A program made the position numbers and the translations under genes. This document shows positions 9,255 to 19,007 of a stretch of 51,410 nucleotides of DNA, piece after piece. Origin of the DNA: a virus (lineage: Duplodnaviria > Caudoviricetes); the IMG/VR virus record IMGVR_UViG_3300035703_000130, positions 1 through 51,410 of that record; one strand, 5' to 3'. Below the pieces are notes generated by a model, which saw only the letters and a list, made by a program, of their open reading frames with translations, was not told the origin of the DNA and made no database searches. Every line of letters begins with the position of its first letter. Within the stretch, counting starts at the first letter, position 1.

Positions 9255-11016
9255 AGAACCTATCCAATACGTTGAGATTGATGTAGACTACTGTTCCAGA
9301 ACCTATGGGGTAGCCCCTTGTGCGGCTATCCTTGGAACAACAGGGGATCGAAAGTGCTTTAACACTTACGCCACTTGTCAAGATAAGACAAACTTCCTCA
9401 AAACAACTAAGACGATCTCTTTCATCAACAACAGGTCTAACCTTCCTAAAGGTTTGATTGCTTACCCTGCCCTTAAGGATAACGGTATTAGTGCTTTCTC
9501 TAGCACTGTTAACGTTGCAGGGTCTAACCCAAGGATGAACGCTTTCGGGCGTAGGGCTTCCGTCACGGTGGCCTTGAAAGATTTTGTTGATGATGATGTG
9601 TGGTTTGACAAATACCAGTTACAGCGTATCTCCGGGGCTGCACAGGCCAGTGCTATTGGCTATGACCCCGGCTCTGTAGGAACCTTCTTCACCCGTCTTA
9701 AAGCTCGCTGGCCTTACTATGCTGGTCGTCCATTACGAGTTATTGATGGTTATGTGGATGATGGTATCCTTACTGTTACTCAAACTCGTCACTTCATTAT
9801 CACAGACCTTAGTGGTCCTGATAGTAATGGCGATGTGACTTTTGAAGCCAAAGATGTTCTTGCTCTAGCTGACGACAAGAAGGCTCTCGCCCCTACCCCT
9901 TCTCGTGGTAAGCTTGGAGCTAACGTTACTAACGCTGTCGGTCAGACCTTTGCTTTAACTCCTACAGGAATTGAAGCAGAGTATCCCACCTCTGGTTGGG
10001 GGACAATCGGCTCTGAGGTTGTGACATTTACTCGTTCCGGTGCCACTGTTACTCTTACGGGTCGTGGACAAGAAGGAACTGTTGCTGCTGCTCACAATCT
10101 TGGAGATACTTTCCAGGTTGCGCTATACATTAATAATGAGAGGGTAGATGACACTATCTATGATTTGTTAGTGAATTATGCTAAAGTCCCTGCCTCTTTC
10201 TGCCCCCTCGTTTCTGAATGGGAACCAGAGATTACCAAGTGGATGAGTTCTGTTCTCTTGAAGACTGTGATTACAAAACCTACGGGTGTTGCACAGTTGG
10301 TCGGGGAGCTTTCTGATATTGGTGTTTCTGTTTGGTGGGATGATGTTAACCAGAAGGTTAAGCTTTTAGCTACTCACCCTATTGATCAAGAACTTATCGT
10401 TCCTGTCAGTGACAACTTAGATATCAAGACTATCGCTCAGGAAGATTTCGATGAGGATAGGATCACTCAGGTTCACTTCTATACTAAGCAATCTGATCCT
10501 ACCAAAGATTACAAAGACAAGAACAACTATGACAGATTGAATGTGTTGATTGACACTGATGCTGAATCTGCCAATGCCTATAACGACACAAAGGTTCGAG
10601 AGGTGTTCTGCCGCTGGTTAAACAGTGGTGCGGATGCTATCGTTAGAACCCTGTCCCTTAGACTTCTAAAGAGGCTTAACACTCCACCTGTTCACTACAC
10701 AATCCTGCTTGATGCTGTGTTGAAAGACCTTAATCTTGCAGATGTTATTGAGTTGGATAGTAGGGTGGCTACAGATGAAACAGGATTACCTGTGAAGAAA
10801 CTTCTTCAAATCATCCGTAGAACTGAAAAAAAGTCTGGCCACGAGTTGGAGGTAGAGGCTCAATCCTTCCGCTATGACGGTCGCTACGGTCAGATTATGG
10901 CTAATACTACCCCTAACTATGGTTCTGCCACAGATGAGCAAAAGAGATTGGGTGCTTTCTTTGTAGGCCCTACCCTTGTGTTTAGTGACGGTCAACCTGC
11001 CTACTCATTTATTTAA
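9244..11016 (+). CDS. Tail tip/baseplate hub protein
   Basis: Cys-rich N-terminus (YCSRTYGVAPC..KCFNTYATCQD); start refined to ATG 9244; synteny. Confidence 0.7.
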   Translation: MANREPIQYVEIDVDYCSRTYGVAPCAAILGTTGDRKCFNTYATCQDKTNFLKTTKTISFINNRSNLPKGLIAYPALKDNGISAFSSTVNVAGSNPRMNAFGRRASVTVALKDFVDDDVWFDKYQLQRISGAAQASAIGYDPGSVGTFFTRLKARWPYYAGRPLRVIDGYVDDGILTVTQTRHFIITDLSGPDSNGDVTFEAKDVLALADDKKALAPTPSRGKLGANVTNAVGQTFALTPTGIEAEYPTSGWGTIGSEVVTFTRSGATVTLTGRGQEGTVAAAHNLGDTFQVALYINNERVDDTIYDLLVNYAKVPASFCPLVSEWEPEITKWMSSVLLKTVITKPTGVAQLVGELSDIGVSVWWDDVNQKVKLLATHPIDQELIVPVSDNLDIKTIAQEDFDEDRITQVHFYTKQSDPTKDYKDKNNYDRLNVLIDTDAESANAYNDTKVREVFCRWLNSGADAIVRTLSLRLLKRLNTPPVHYTILLDAVLKDLNLADVIELDSRVATDETGLPVKKLLQIIRRTEKKSGHELEVEAQSFRYDGRYGQIMANTTPNYGSATDEQKRLGAFFVGPTLVFSDGQPAYSFI

Positions 11017-11025
11017 GGTGCTTTG

Positions 11026-11607
11026 ATGACAACCTATATCGACATTACTGATCCAGAAACCGATCCAGATGCGCCTTTAACCTCTGAGCTTGCTAAAAAG
11101 TGGAGGGATAACGCTATTGCTATCGCAGAGGGGGATTCCACTGCGGTAGTAAACTCTGCGGCTTGGCATCCTTATAACATGGTCAAGGCAAACGACGCCA
11201 ATACTGGTAACTTCTACAATGGCACGGTAGTTACAAGTATTGCAGTCCCTACTATGGTTGCAGGTTACGACTATGCTTTTAGGGGGGTAGGTCTAAGTCA
11301 CAACAGCGGAACCTCACAATCTTTCTTAATTAACGGGACTACACCGGGGGGTGGTGCTTTATCTAACGCGGTCACTATGAGTTTCTATTTTGAAATCATA
11401 GCCCCCTTAAACACAAACCACCCTAAGATTGCTCAAAACGGAGTTTTTAAACGTTCTGACGGTAACAACACTGTGTTTGCTGCCTCAAGCCTTTTTAGTG
11501 ACTTTGCTACAGCACTGAGCACTTTTAACTTCACTTGGTCCGCAGGTAGTTTTGATGCTGGACAGATTTACATGTATCGTCGTAGAAACTATATGGCTAA
11601 CTCATAA
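11026..11607 (+). CDS. Putative tail fibre/receptor-binding protein
   Basis: DPDAPLTSEL..WRDN.IAIAEG anchor followed by a beta-rich domain; last tail gene. Confidence 0.55.
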   Translation: MTTYIDITDPETDPDAPLTSELAKKWRDNAIAIAEGDSTAVVNSAAWHPYNMVKANDANTGNFYNGTVVTSIAVPTMVAGYDYAFRGVGLSHNSGTSQSFLINGTTPGGGALSNAVTMSFYFEIIAPLNTNHPKIAQNGVFKRSDGNNTVFAASSLFSDFATALSTFNFTWSAGSFDAGQIYMYRRRNYMANS

Positions 11608-11615
11608 GGTAACAA

Positions 11616-12371
11616 ATGAACAAAGAAATCTTTTTCACAACCTTACGAAAGTCTTTGTTCAAAAGGCTTAACCAATCTCAAGTAGATGGTATTAACGGTA
11701 TCCTTGAAGCTTTCGATCAAGTCGGTGATGGTGACAAGGATACCCTAGCCTATGCCCTTGCTACTGCTTACCATGAAACAGGTAAGAGGATGGTTCCCGT
11801 TCGAGAGGGCTTTGCGATTACGGATGCAGGCGCTAGGAAGGCCGTTAACAATCTTGCTAGGAAGCGTGGCCCTAACTCTGCCGTGGCCCGCTACGCTCAA
11901 CCTGCTGGCCCCTATGGGCATGTCTATTATGGTCGCGGTCATGTTCAACTGACTTGGCTTGACAACTACAAGGACTCGTCCGCTGATGCTGGTGTTGATC
12001 TGGTTAAAGACCCAGATAAAATGCTTGATCCGGTTATTTCCGCTAGGGTTCTCGTTAAGGGGCTTATTGATGGGCGCTGGTCGGGTAAACGTAAAGGGTT
12101 AGCGCATTACGAAGGTAATGATGATTTCCTGGATCAACAAGAAGCTACTAATGCACGACAGACGGTTAACGGCTCTGATAAAGCTGCTTTGATTGCTGGC
12201 TACCATAAACAATTCTATGATGCTCTGACTACTGCTGACTGGCAACCCAAAAAGAAGGCAAAGCCTGTTGTTGACGGCAAGACTGTTGCCGGTGCTGGTT
12301 TGGTTGTTGCTCTTGTTGCTTTCTGGGAACAGATTAAAGAGTGGGCTGCGTTCTTATACTTACTGTTCTAG
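11616..12371 (+). CDS. Endolysin, glycoside hydrolase family 19-like, with C-terminal hydrophobic segment
   Basis: AYALATAYHETG, YYGRGHVQLTW..NY and ARQTVNG motifs. Confidence 0.85.
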   Translation: MNKEIFFTTLRKSLFKRLNQSQVDGINGILEAFDQVGDGDKDTLAYALATAYHETGKRMVPVREGFAITDAGARKAVNNLARKRGPNSAVARYAQPAGPYGHVYYGRGHVQLTWLDNYKDSSADAGVDLVKDPDKMLDPVISARVLVKGLIDGRWSGKRKGLAHYEGNDDFLDQQEATNARQTVNGSDKAALIAGYHKQFYDALTTADWQPKKKAKPVVDGKTVAGAGLVVALVAFWEQIKEWAAFLYLLF

Positions 12372-12383
12372 GAGAACTAATAA

Positions 12384-12608
12384 ATGAAACTGGTAGAAAA
12401 CTGGAAAGAAGCTTGGACGTGGTTTTCTGTGCAAGCTATTTCTTTAGCTTTCATATGGGAAGCCTTGCCACAAGAGACTAAAGACTCTTTGTTCGTGTTG
12501 ATCCCTGATGTGGCTGAACCACACGTTACTGCTATTTTGCTAGTGGCGGGTCTGTTTGGTAGAATGGTTGATCAACAGAAGCAGGCTAAGAATGTGGATA
12601 CTGAGTAA
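12384..12608 (+). CDS. Holin
   Basis: MKLVENWKEAW.WFSVQA type, two TM segments, after the endolysin. Confidence 0.7.
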   Translation: MKLVENWKEAWTWFSVQAISLAFIWEALPQETKDSLFVLIPDVAEPHVTAILLVAGLFGRMVDQQKQAKNVDTE

Positions 12609-12975
12609 ACTACTTGGGTTATTCACTGGCTCCACAGGTTTAGGGGAAAGCTTACGTAAAGCCTATGAGGCTAAGCTTACTGCTGAGACCGATGTAGAGA
12701 AGATTTCCGCTGAGCGAGACCTACAGCGGATTGAAGCTGCAATTGAAATGTCTAGGATAGCGGCTAACGATAGGTGGGGTGCCACTTCCCTCGGTCGCTA
12801 TCTTATTGTCTTACCCTATGGTGTGTGGTGGACTGCCGTCTTTGTTGACAGTATCTTCAACATGCCTTGGGATATTCTAGCTTTACCCCCACAGATTGAT
12901 GGTATGGCTAAAATCTTAATCCCTGCTATCCTTATTGCTGAGGTTGGCAGAACAATAATACCAAAAAGAAAATAG
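12592..12975 (+). CDS. Membrane protein of the lysis cassette
   Basis: Start refined to ATG 12592; two hydrophobic segments. Confidence 0.55.
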   Translation: MWILSKLLGLFTGSTGLGESLRKAYEAKLTAETDVEKISAERDLQRIEAAIEMSRIAANDRWGATSLGRYLIVLPYGVWWTAVFVDSIFNMPWDILALPPQIDGMAKILIPAILIAEVGRTIIPKRK

Positions 12976-12984
12976 GTCTTGGAA

Positions 12985-13290
12985 ATGCACTTGATTTCAG
13001 AGTATATAGAGCAATTCATTACGGGTATAATCGTTATGCTTATCGGTGGGATAACTTGGCTGTTTAGAACAGTCTTCACCAACCAGAAAGAGATTGCTCT
13101 GTTAAAAGAAGATATCCTCTTTCGAGAAGAAAAACTGAACGAAGAAATTAAGAACAGGGAAAGAATGAGGGCAGAGGACAGAGAGATATTACTCTCTATG
13201 AAGGTTGAACTCAAAGAAGACTCGAAAGAAATGAAACAGAAGGTGGAGAACCTTCAAGTTCAAATATCTGAACTCTGGAAGAACAAATAG
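12985..13290 (+). CDS. Membrane-anchored coiled-coil protein
   Basis: N-terminal TM helix and charged coiled coil. Confidence 0.55.
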   Translation: MHLISEYIEQFITGIIVMLIGGITWLFRTVFTNQKEIALLKEDILFREEKLNEEIKNRERMRAEDREILLSMKVELKEDSKEMKQKVENLQVQISELWKNK

Positions 13291-13333
13291 AAAAACCCGC
13301 TAGATTCCCTCGTCAGGAGTCTAGCGGGTTTTT
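13291..13333. terminator. Bidirectional terminator between convergent genome arms
   Basis: AAAAACCCGCTAGA...TCTAGCGGGTTTTT. Confidence 0.9.
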
Positions 13334-13524
13334 CATGTCTTATTGTTCCATTGAACACATTGGTAGTCGTATGATACAACGGTCAGATCAATACCTGTAG
13401 TTTCTGCCACAGCAAAATCCATACACTGCTCATACGATTCAAATACAATAGGTGGAGTAGCGGGAACACAAATTCCCTTATCTGGTTCTGCTAGATTGCA
13501 GAACAACGCAATCACTGTCCACAT
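13333..13524 (-). CDS. Small Cys-containing hypothetical protein
   Basis: ORF coupled to the upstream gene. Confidence 0.55.
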   Translation of the reverse strand: MWTVIALFCNLAEPDKGICVPATPPIVFESYEQCMDFAVAETTGIDLTVVSYDYQCVQWNNKT

Positions 13525-13775
13525 TAATATGTGTCCTTCATTGTATCGTGAACCTTTTGAAGCTCATCAATAAGAACTTTTAGAGATTTCTTGGAGAAAT
13601 AACTTTTGTATTTGGCTTTGTAATTAGCACCGACAACAAGATAAATCCCTCCATCATACTTTGCAGGGACAACACTTACTGCCGCGTCACTAGGCAGAGG
13701 AAGATTACCATTAATAACCTCTTTAATTTTGAGGGTGGTAGTAGTGACAATTTTTTCTTCTGTAAACAGACCCAT
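13524..13775 (-). CDS. Hypothetical protein
   Basis: AAGGAG RBS. Confidence 0.6.
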   Translation of the reverse strand: MGLFTEEKIVTTTTLKIKEVINGNLPLPSDAAVSVVPAKYDGGIYLVVGANYKAKYKSYFSKKSLKVLIDELQKVHDTMKDTY

Positions 13776-13843
13776 GATTTACTCCTTGAAATAGCAAAGA
13801 TAGATGATTACGCCGAAGGCGATTATTGCGAACACAATGTCCA

Positions 13844-14203
13844 TTATTTGTCTCCACCAAACTGTTTGTCGTCTAGAAGCTCTTGAAGATAAGCTCTAGT
13901 CTTTTCCACCCCTACTAGCATCTTGTATACTCGAACGCCATAGTAAATGATCTTCCTAGAGTCATACTCCACTGTGGTTCCATCTTTTTCTCCCCAACGG
14001 CAAAGACCCTTGAAGATATCTTTCAGGTGGATACCAAACTTACCCCACTTGTGTTCAGCAAGATGTTCCATCATATCATTGGTTGTTACCCAATCTTGGA
14101 ATGGAAAGTCGTAGTAGGGGGCGGGACCCCCTGTAGGTTTAGGTTTCTGGTGTAGTGGATTATCATCTGGATGCCAATAGCTTTCCGAATACTGTTTAAT
14201 CAT
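13844..14203 (-). CDS. Hypothetical protein, possibly DUF3310-like
   Basis: GGPAPYYD...IFK...RWGEK.G...YD..KI pattern. Confidence 0.45.
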   Translation of the reverse strand: MIKQYSESYWHPDDNPLHQKPKPTGGPAPYYDFPFQDWVTTNDMMEHLAEHKWGKFGIHLKDIFKGLCRWGEKDGTTVEYDSRKIIYYGVRVYKMLVGVEKTRAYLQELLDDKQFGGDK

Positions 14204-14871
14204 TTAGGCCAAGACCTTTCATACCTGTCAAAGTTAATAATCCAATCCTTGCACACTTTGGACCTGACGATATCATCAACTCCGAAGTCAATCATAGGAA
14301 CATCTAAGTCCCATTTATCGACAATAGAAGTCAATACAGATAGGCCAGAGGTGCCTCCCCTAAGATCACTCTGACGAATATCCCCGTTAATAACTACCTT
14401 ACAATTTTCCCCCACTCGGGTCAAGAACATTTTGATCTCATCGTAGGTAGTGTTTTGAGCTTCGTCTAGAATAATAAAGGCGTTCTCAAAGCTTCTCCCC
14501 CGCATGGTAGACAAGGGGGCGATTTCAATCTTGCCTTCCTTAATATAGGTAGTCACCTCGGTTTTGCCAAGGGCTGAGGTCAAAACATCTAGCACAGGTT
14601 GCGCCCAAGGGGTGATCTTCTCTAGCAGGGTGCCGGGGAAATACCCCAGATCACGACCAACAGAGACAGAGGGGCGGGTAAGAATGATCTTTCCCACTAA
14701 CCCCTGTTGGAACATTTGAGAAGCATAGGTAGCGGCAATATAGGTTTTGCCCGTGCCGCTATACCCTGTGACGATTACTTGCTCCCTATCATTCAAGGCA
14801 TCAATATACCTCGCTTGATTCTCATTGAGAGGGGAGAGATTAATGTTAGTCTTGTTCTTCCGTGGCGGCAT
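14200..14871 (-). CDS. phoH: PhoH-family ATPase
   Basis: GYSGTGKT, LGYFPG, MRGRSF, LDEAQN, GD.RQSD motifs. Confidence 0.95.
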   Translation of the reverse strand: MPPRKNKTNINLSPLNENQARYIDALNDREQVIVTGYSGTGKTYIAATYASQMFQQGLVGKIILTRPSVSVGRDLGYFPGTLLEKITPWAQPVLDVLTSALGKTEVTTYIKEGKIEIAPLSTMRGRSFENAFIILDEAQNTTYDEIKMFLTRVGENCKVVINGDIRQSDLRGGTSGLSVLTSIVDKWDLDVPMIDFGVDDIVRSKVCKDWIINFDRYERSWPK

Positions 14872-15049
14872 CTACTACTGCTTTCAAGGCGTGTGCGTTA
14901 TTATCTACTACTTCACCCATACGGGCAATCTCGTCCCAAAGTTCGTCTACTTCATCTTCTAATACTTCCACTCTGTATCTGTCAATCCAGAGAAAGGTTG
15001 CCACACCCGCAAGCATGGCAAAAATCAGTGCATCAGCAATTGTAATCAT
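14846..15049 (-). CDS. Small membrane-anchored acidic protein
   Basis: N-terminal TM helix. Confidence 0.5.
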   Translation of the reverse strand: MITIADALIFAMLAGVATFLWIDRYRVEVLEDEVDELWDEIARMGEVVDNNAHALKAVVDAATEEQD

Positions 15050-15101
15050 TATCCACCAACATCTACGATTTCACACACTTTGTCAAATTAAGTCAACAAA
15101 C

Positions 15102-17018
15102 TTATACATCAACTATCTCACAATTACCAACACAAGCGAAGGTTTGACTAGAAACAGTGTTGTCTTTCTTTTCAAACTCCGACAGTTGCGACCAGTCGAT
15201 CTTCTCAGGCATAACCGCTAAAGCTTTTTCATAGGTTTCCTTGTCTACCTCTTGATAAGGTGCTTGTTGATAAGTGTGATCCGAATAAGGAAGGAACGAG
15301 ATACCAGACACTTCATCAAAGTGCTTGTATACCCATGCCCCGACTTCCATCCACTCACCCTCTCTAACGTTAACAGTAATAGAGGGTTTATGTTCACACC
15401 AATAGCGTTGATAAGTAAGCCACAACTCCAATTGTTCGATAGCAGTAAGGTTAGCCCGAGTGATTGCCCCATCAGGAGATTTCACAGGGAAACTAAACAC
15501 AGTAGTAGAAGCAGGCTTCATAACATCTGGTTCAGCCGGGATACCCTGAGCCGCCATAAACTTAGTCAGAGGGTCTTTATTATCCCCACGGACAGTCCGA
15601 ATATAATACTCACTATGACGCGGGTGGATACCAGAAGCACTATCAACCAACTGGCTAACAGTGCCAGAAGGCTTAACGCAAGTGATTGCAGCCGATACAG
15701 GAATACCAAGCTTATCTGCCCACTCTTTGTTTGTGTTGATAGCTTCTTGTTTTAGATTAGTTAATTGATTCTCTAAATAATCCCCGCCAACAAAACATAG
15801 ATTATAGTTATCCATAATACCAGTCAGGCTTACCCCGAGGAGTCTTTCTTCCTCAGTATTAGCGCGCCAGATATCTCGCAGATATGGAAAGTGTGTGTAT
15901 GTTGCTTGGACAGTGCCAAGTATAGTTGCAAGACGGACTTTCCTACGCAACGACTCGAAAGTATCGTCTGCCCTGACAACCACTTCCGTAAGGTTGCAGA
16001 ACTGATAGGGTCGGAGAATAATCTCAGAACACGGATTTGTTCCAAACTCAAAGTTGGGGTTGCGTCGTCCATTCTTTCCTGCTTGCTTCTGTGAAGCCAC
16101 ACGACTAAAGATACCACGTTCACCAGACTTACTCTCCATCAGGGACAACCATTCCCGCATGAAGCTTTCTTCATCTGGCTTCTCCGTATAAGAGACAGAG
16201 TTGTTAGCCAAAGCGCGATGAGCATTTTGTTCCCACCATTGGCCCGACTTAGCATAACGCATACGATTGTCAGAAAGGTTAGACAGAGAAATCATAGCAG
16301 AGCGACGAACACCGCCAACAACTACAACCTCACCAATCTTACACATAATGTCGTGACACTCAAGGCTATTAAGCTGACGACCTTTAGCAGCAGCAAAAGT
16401 GTTGATCACAAAAGTAAAGAGTTCAACCAGAGGCCCCGGCCCAGATGCACGACCGCCAAAGGTCTTAAGCTTTGCTCCTGCTTTACGAACACGACTAATA
16501 TCCCAATTAGGAATCCTGCCTTCGTAGAGAAAACCAATCAGTTTACGAAGTGCATCGGCCCAACCCTCTTTGCTATCCTCAACAACAATAGTATCATCCA
16601 CTTTGAATAGGGCAGCAGGGATAGAGGGAAGCTGAGAGATAAACTGACGCTCTACCGAGAAACCCACACCAGTTCCGCAAAGCAAAATAAACATCGCCTC
16701 ATCAAAGGAACGGGGATCATCTACCGGAAGATAAGAGCAGTTGTATGCACAGGTATTATCACGATTGAGAGCAGCCCCAGCCGTCATAAGAGCGCGCATG
16801 GAAGGCATGATATCCAGATTAAGGATTGCCTCACGGATATCGTTGTAAGTTTTGGGATCAAAGTGATCATCCTCATCACTCAACTCAGGTGCAACTACGT
16901 TAATCATATAGCGGTCAACAGTCTCTTCCCAAGTTTCCCTGCGTTTTTCTGTGTCAAGCCAGCGGGCATACCTTGATGTGTGAATGAAGGCCATATAGTC
17001 GGTCATAAGTTTACTCAT
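15102..17018 (-). CDS. nrdJ: Class II (B12-dependent) ribonucleotide reductase
   Basis: YNCSY, GTGVGFS, GVRRSA, TNPCSEI, TCVKPSGTVS and C-terminal CxxxC; no NrdB gene. Confidence 0.92.
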   Translation of the reverse strand: MSKLMTDYMAFIHTSRYARWLDTEKRRETWEETVDRYMINVVAPELSDEDDHFDPKTYNDIREAILNLDIMPSMRALMTAGAALNRDNTCAYNCSYLPVDDPRSFDEAMFILLCGTGVGFSVERQFISQLPSIPAALFKVDDTIVVEDSKEGWADALRKLIGFLYEGRIPNWDISRVRKAGAKLKTFGGRASGPGPLVELFTFVINTFAAAKGRQLNSLECHDIMCKIGEVVVVGGVRRSAMISLSNLSDNRMRYAKSGQWWEQNAHRALANNSVSYTEKPDEESFMREWLSLMESKSGERGIFSRVASQKQAGKNGRRNPNFEFGTNPCSEIILRPYQFCNLTEVVVRADDTFESLRRKVRLATILGTVQATYTHFPYLRDIWRANTEEERLLGVSLTGIMDNYNLCFVGGDYLENQLTNLKQEAINTNKEWADKLGIPVSAAITCVKPSGTVSQLVDSASGIHPRHSEYYIRTVRGDNKDPLTKFMAAQGIPAEPDVMKPASTTVFSFPVKSPDGAITRANLTAIEQLELWLTYQRYWCEHKPSITVNVREGEWMEVGAWVYKHFDEVSGISFLPYSDHTYQQAPYQEVDKETYEKALAVMPEKIDWSQLSEFEKKDNTVSSQTFACVGNCEIVDV

Positions 17019-17020
17019 AA

Positions 17021-17248
17021 TTACTCCTGTAAATTTTTGGTTTGACCGTTTAATGCTCTGTAAATTGTCAATTTGTCTTCATAAGCTTGACAAGCTTTGA
17101 TGGCTAAAAGTTGACTAGGGTAGGTGCCTATCCAAGATAAACCTGCCACTGCGCTATACCCTTTATACGGAATCCTTCTAACCTTGTAATTAAGGGTTCC
17201 ATTACGAGTCCAAATTTTATCCCCACCCTCTATCCAACTTAATTTCAT
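17021..17248 (-). CDS. Hypothetical protein
   Basis: ATG 17248 overlaps the upstream stop (ATGA). Confidence 0.55.
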   Translation of the reverse strand: MKLSWIEGGDKIWTRNGTLNYKVRRIPYKGYSAVAGLSWIGTYPSQLLAIKACQAYEDKLTIYRALNGQTKNLQE

Positions 17249-17382
17249 CGTATAATAAGCCCCCAAGGCAAGTCAATTACGTTTTCTTCTTTTAGTTCGG
17301 TGCAAGCCCCACTACTAGAGTAGTAGAGTTTTTTCGTGGGGCGTTGCTTTTGTAACAGTTCAATTAGTTGCTGGACTGTCAC
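17245..17382 (-). CDS. Small hypothetical protein (MTVQQLIELLQK...), below ORF-track cutoff
   Basis: GTGA and ATGA overlaps with both neighbours. Confidence 0.55.
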   Translation of the reverse strand: MTVQQLIELLQKQRPTKKLYYSSSGACTELKEENVIDLPWGLIIR

Positions 17383-17753
17383 ACTAGGTCACTCAAATCT
17401 GGTGGGATATAACTCTTAGACTTAAGCACTTTTCCATCTTCACGATAGATAGGCTTACCCTCTTCACCAAGCTTACTCATGTTGCTTTCGTGCACTCGGT
17501 TAAATGCTGTATCAATATCCCAACCAAAGGTTGCAGCGAAGCCGTAGACAACATAAAGAAGATCAGCAAGCTCTTTTAGGTTATTCTCCCAATCCCCAAT
17601 GTCTACTTCCATAACTTCATAAAACTCTTCTGCGATAAGTCTAGATCGCAGTGCAAGAAGGTCTTCCGCGCTTTTAGAGGGATCAACATCGAGAGGGTGT
17701 CCGAAAGCTTGGTGAAACTCTCGGACTTTTTCGTAATTGGTTTTAGACCTCAC
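17379..17753 (-). CDS. MazG-like/PRA-PH NTP pyrophosphohydrolase
   Basis: VREFH..F, LI.EE..E, KELADLLYV.YG, VHESNMSK, REDGKVLK. Confidence 0.85.
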   Translation of the reverse strand: MRSKTNYEKVREFHQAFGHPLDVDPSKSAEDLLALRSRLIAEEFYEVMEVDIGDWENNLKELADLLYVVYGFAATFGWDIDTAFNRVHESNMSKLGEEGKPIYREDGKVLKSKSYIPPDLSDLV

Positions 17754-18082
17754 GAAATATCTCCCAGCAGGGTTTTAGCAATTTTGGCTTTTTGAGCCGC
17801 ATCTACCATAATCTCCCCAACCAGAAGACCAGCATCTTTTGGTTCCATAGCTGTGACAAGGAACAGTAGATTAGCATAAATGCTGTCTACAGCCTCTTGT
17901 GCCACATTCTCTTCTGGTAGAAGACTAAGCTGCATGATTTTAGAAAGAACGTTAGCATTGAGGTCGATAAAGACCTCGGTTTTGATATAATCATTCGTCA
18001 TCAAAATGCTCCAAGTTGTTAAGTTTTGCGTAATCTGCACCAAGTCTTTTAAGTCTTTTGTTGGATTTTTAATCTGTGTCAT
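17750..18082 (-). CDS. Hypothetical protein
   Basis: ORF in operon. Confidence 0.55.
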   Translation of the reverse strand: MTQIKNPTKDLKDLVQITQNLTTWSILMTNDYIKTEVFIDLNANVLSKIMQLSLLPEENVAQEAVDSIYANLLFLVTAMEPKDAGLLVGEIMVDAAQKAKIAKTLLGDIS

Positions 18083-18224
18083 CGAAGTTTTCTAGATATA
18101 TATACCCAAGTTCGTCTAGAATTTCCAGGACTTTCCACTCGGTCAGGTTAAAACGTAGTAAGATTTCCTCAAACCCATACGTCTCAATTAGGTTTAAGAT
18201 TTTCTTCTTATTGTAGTCGCTCAT
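18069..18224 (-). CDS. Small acidic hypothetical protein (MSDYNKKKILNLIETYG...)
   Basis: 51-aa ORF read manually, coupled start. Confidence 0.55.
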   Translation of the reverse strand: MSDYNKKKILNLIETYGFEEILLRFNLTEWKVLEILDELGYIYLENFDDTD

Positions 18225-18286
18225 TTTAACTTAATCACTTCAACTGGCCCACCGTGAATATCTGCAATTACATATGTTTTGTTCAT
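18221..18286 (-). pseudogene. 21-codon remnant of a metallophosphoesterase (MNKTYVIADIHG...)
   Basis: Carries only the first DxHG motif; ATGA-coupled on both sides. Confidence 0.55.
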
Positions 18287-18441
18287 TCAAAGTTACCAGT
18301 CACTTCGTTGTAGGTTCGCCCCATGCTTGCCATAGCGTAAGCACCAGCCGGGCTATACGTCTTAAACACCGTCCACCAGATAAGACCAAACTTTAACTCT
18401 TGAACGTAGAGTAAACCTGTCTTATCCTCTAACACTCTCAT
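18283..18441 (-). CDS. Small hypothetical protein
   Basis: 52-aa ORF read manually. Confidence 0.45.
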   Translation of the reverse strand: MRVLEDKTGLLYVQELKFGLIWWTVFKTYSPAGAYAMASMGRTYNEVTGNFE

Positions 18442-18446
18442 TTTTG

Positions 18447-19007
18447 TCATCGCGGATGAAACCTCGTGAAACCTTCGTAGTTGAAGTCAAACTTATACCA
18501 GCAGAAATTATCAACACCTTTGACTTTCTTACCGTCTTCATTCTCGAACCACCAAAGCCTACCTACAGACACAACGTCTTGGCAAATAGACATATAAGGC
18601 GACATGCGTTTGTTGTGCATCATATCCGCAGGCAGCAACAACCAAGTTGGCATCAGTCTAGGAAGATGCTCTAGAATAGGTTGAAGCATTTTCCATTCGT
18701 AAGGTGGATTAGTGATGAACTCGTGGGCAGACATACAATCTAGCTTAGTTAAAAACAAACAGTTCTTTTGCACTACATCTGCTCTTAACGGTTCAATATC
18801 ATATGCCGCCACACACGTCACAGGAGGCCCGCTAGAGGCCAGCAAGTCAATCAGGCTACCATCCCCAGCGCAAGGTTCGATATAGCGTGTCTGTAGCCCT
18901 GTAGGGTGCCACAGGAAAGGCGCTAGGGCAGCTACAGCGGCAGGGTCCTTAGTCGGATACCAATCCCTCTCTAGGCGAGGCTTCTTAGTCTCTTCTCGTT
19001 TACCCAT
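18447..19007 (-). CDS. DNA N6-adenine methyltransferase (compact)
   Basis: DWYPT, EPCAGDG (SAM-binding) and ITNPPY (catalytic). Confidence 0.85.
   Translation of the reverse strand: MGKREETKKPRLERDWYPTKDPAAVAALAPFLWHPTGLQTRYIEPCAGDGSLIDLLASSGPPVTCVAAYDIEPLRADVVQKNCLFLTKLDCMSAHEFITNPPYEWKMLQPILEHLPRLMPTWLLLPADMMHNKRMSPYMSICQDVVSVGRLWWFENEDGKKVKGVDNFCWYKFDFNYEGFTRFHPR

Noticed and set aside
17290-17350. Hairpin upstream of nrdJ as a cobalamin riboswitch
   Set aside because: No B12-box motifs, and the region is a coupled small ORF.
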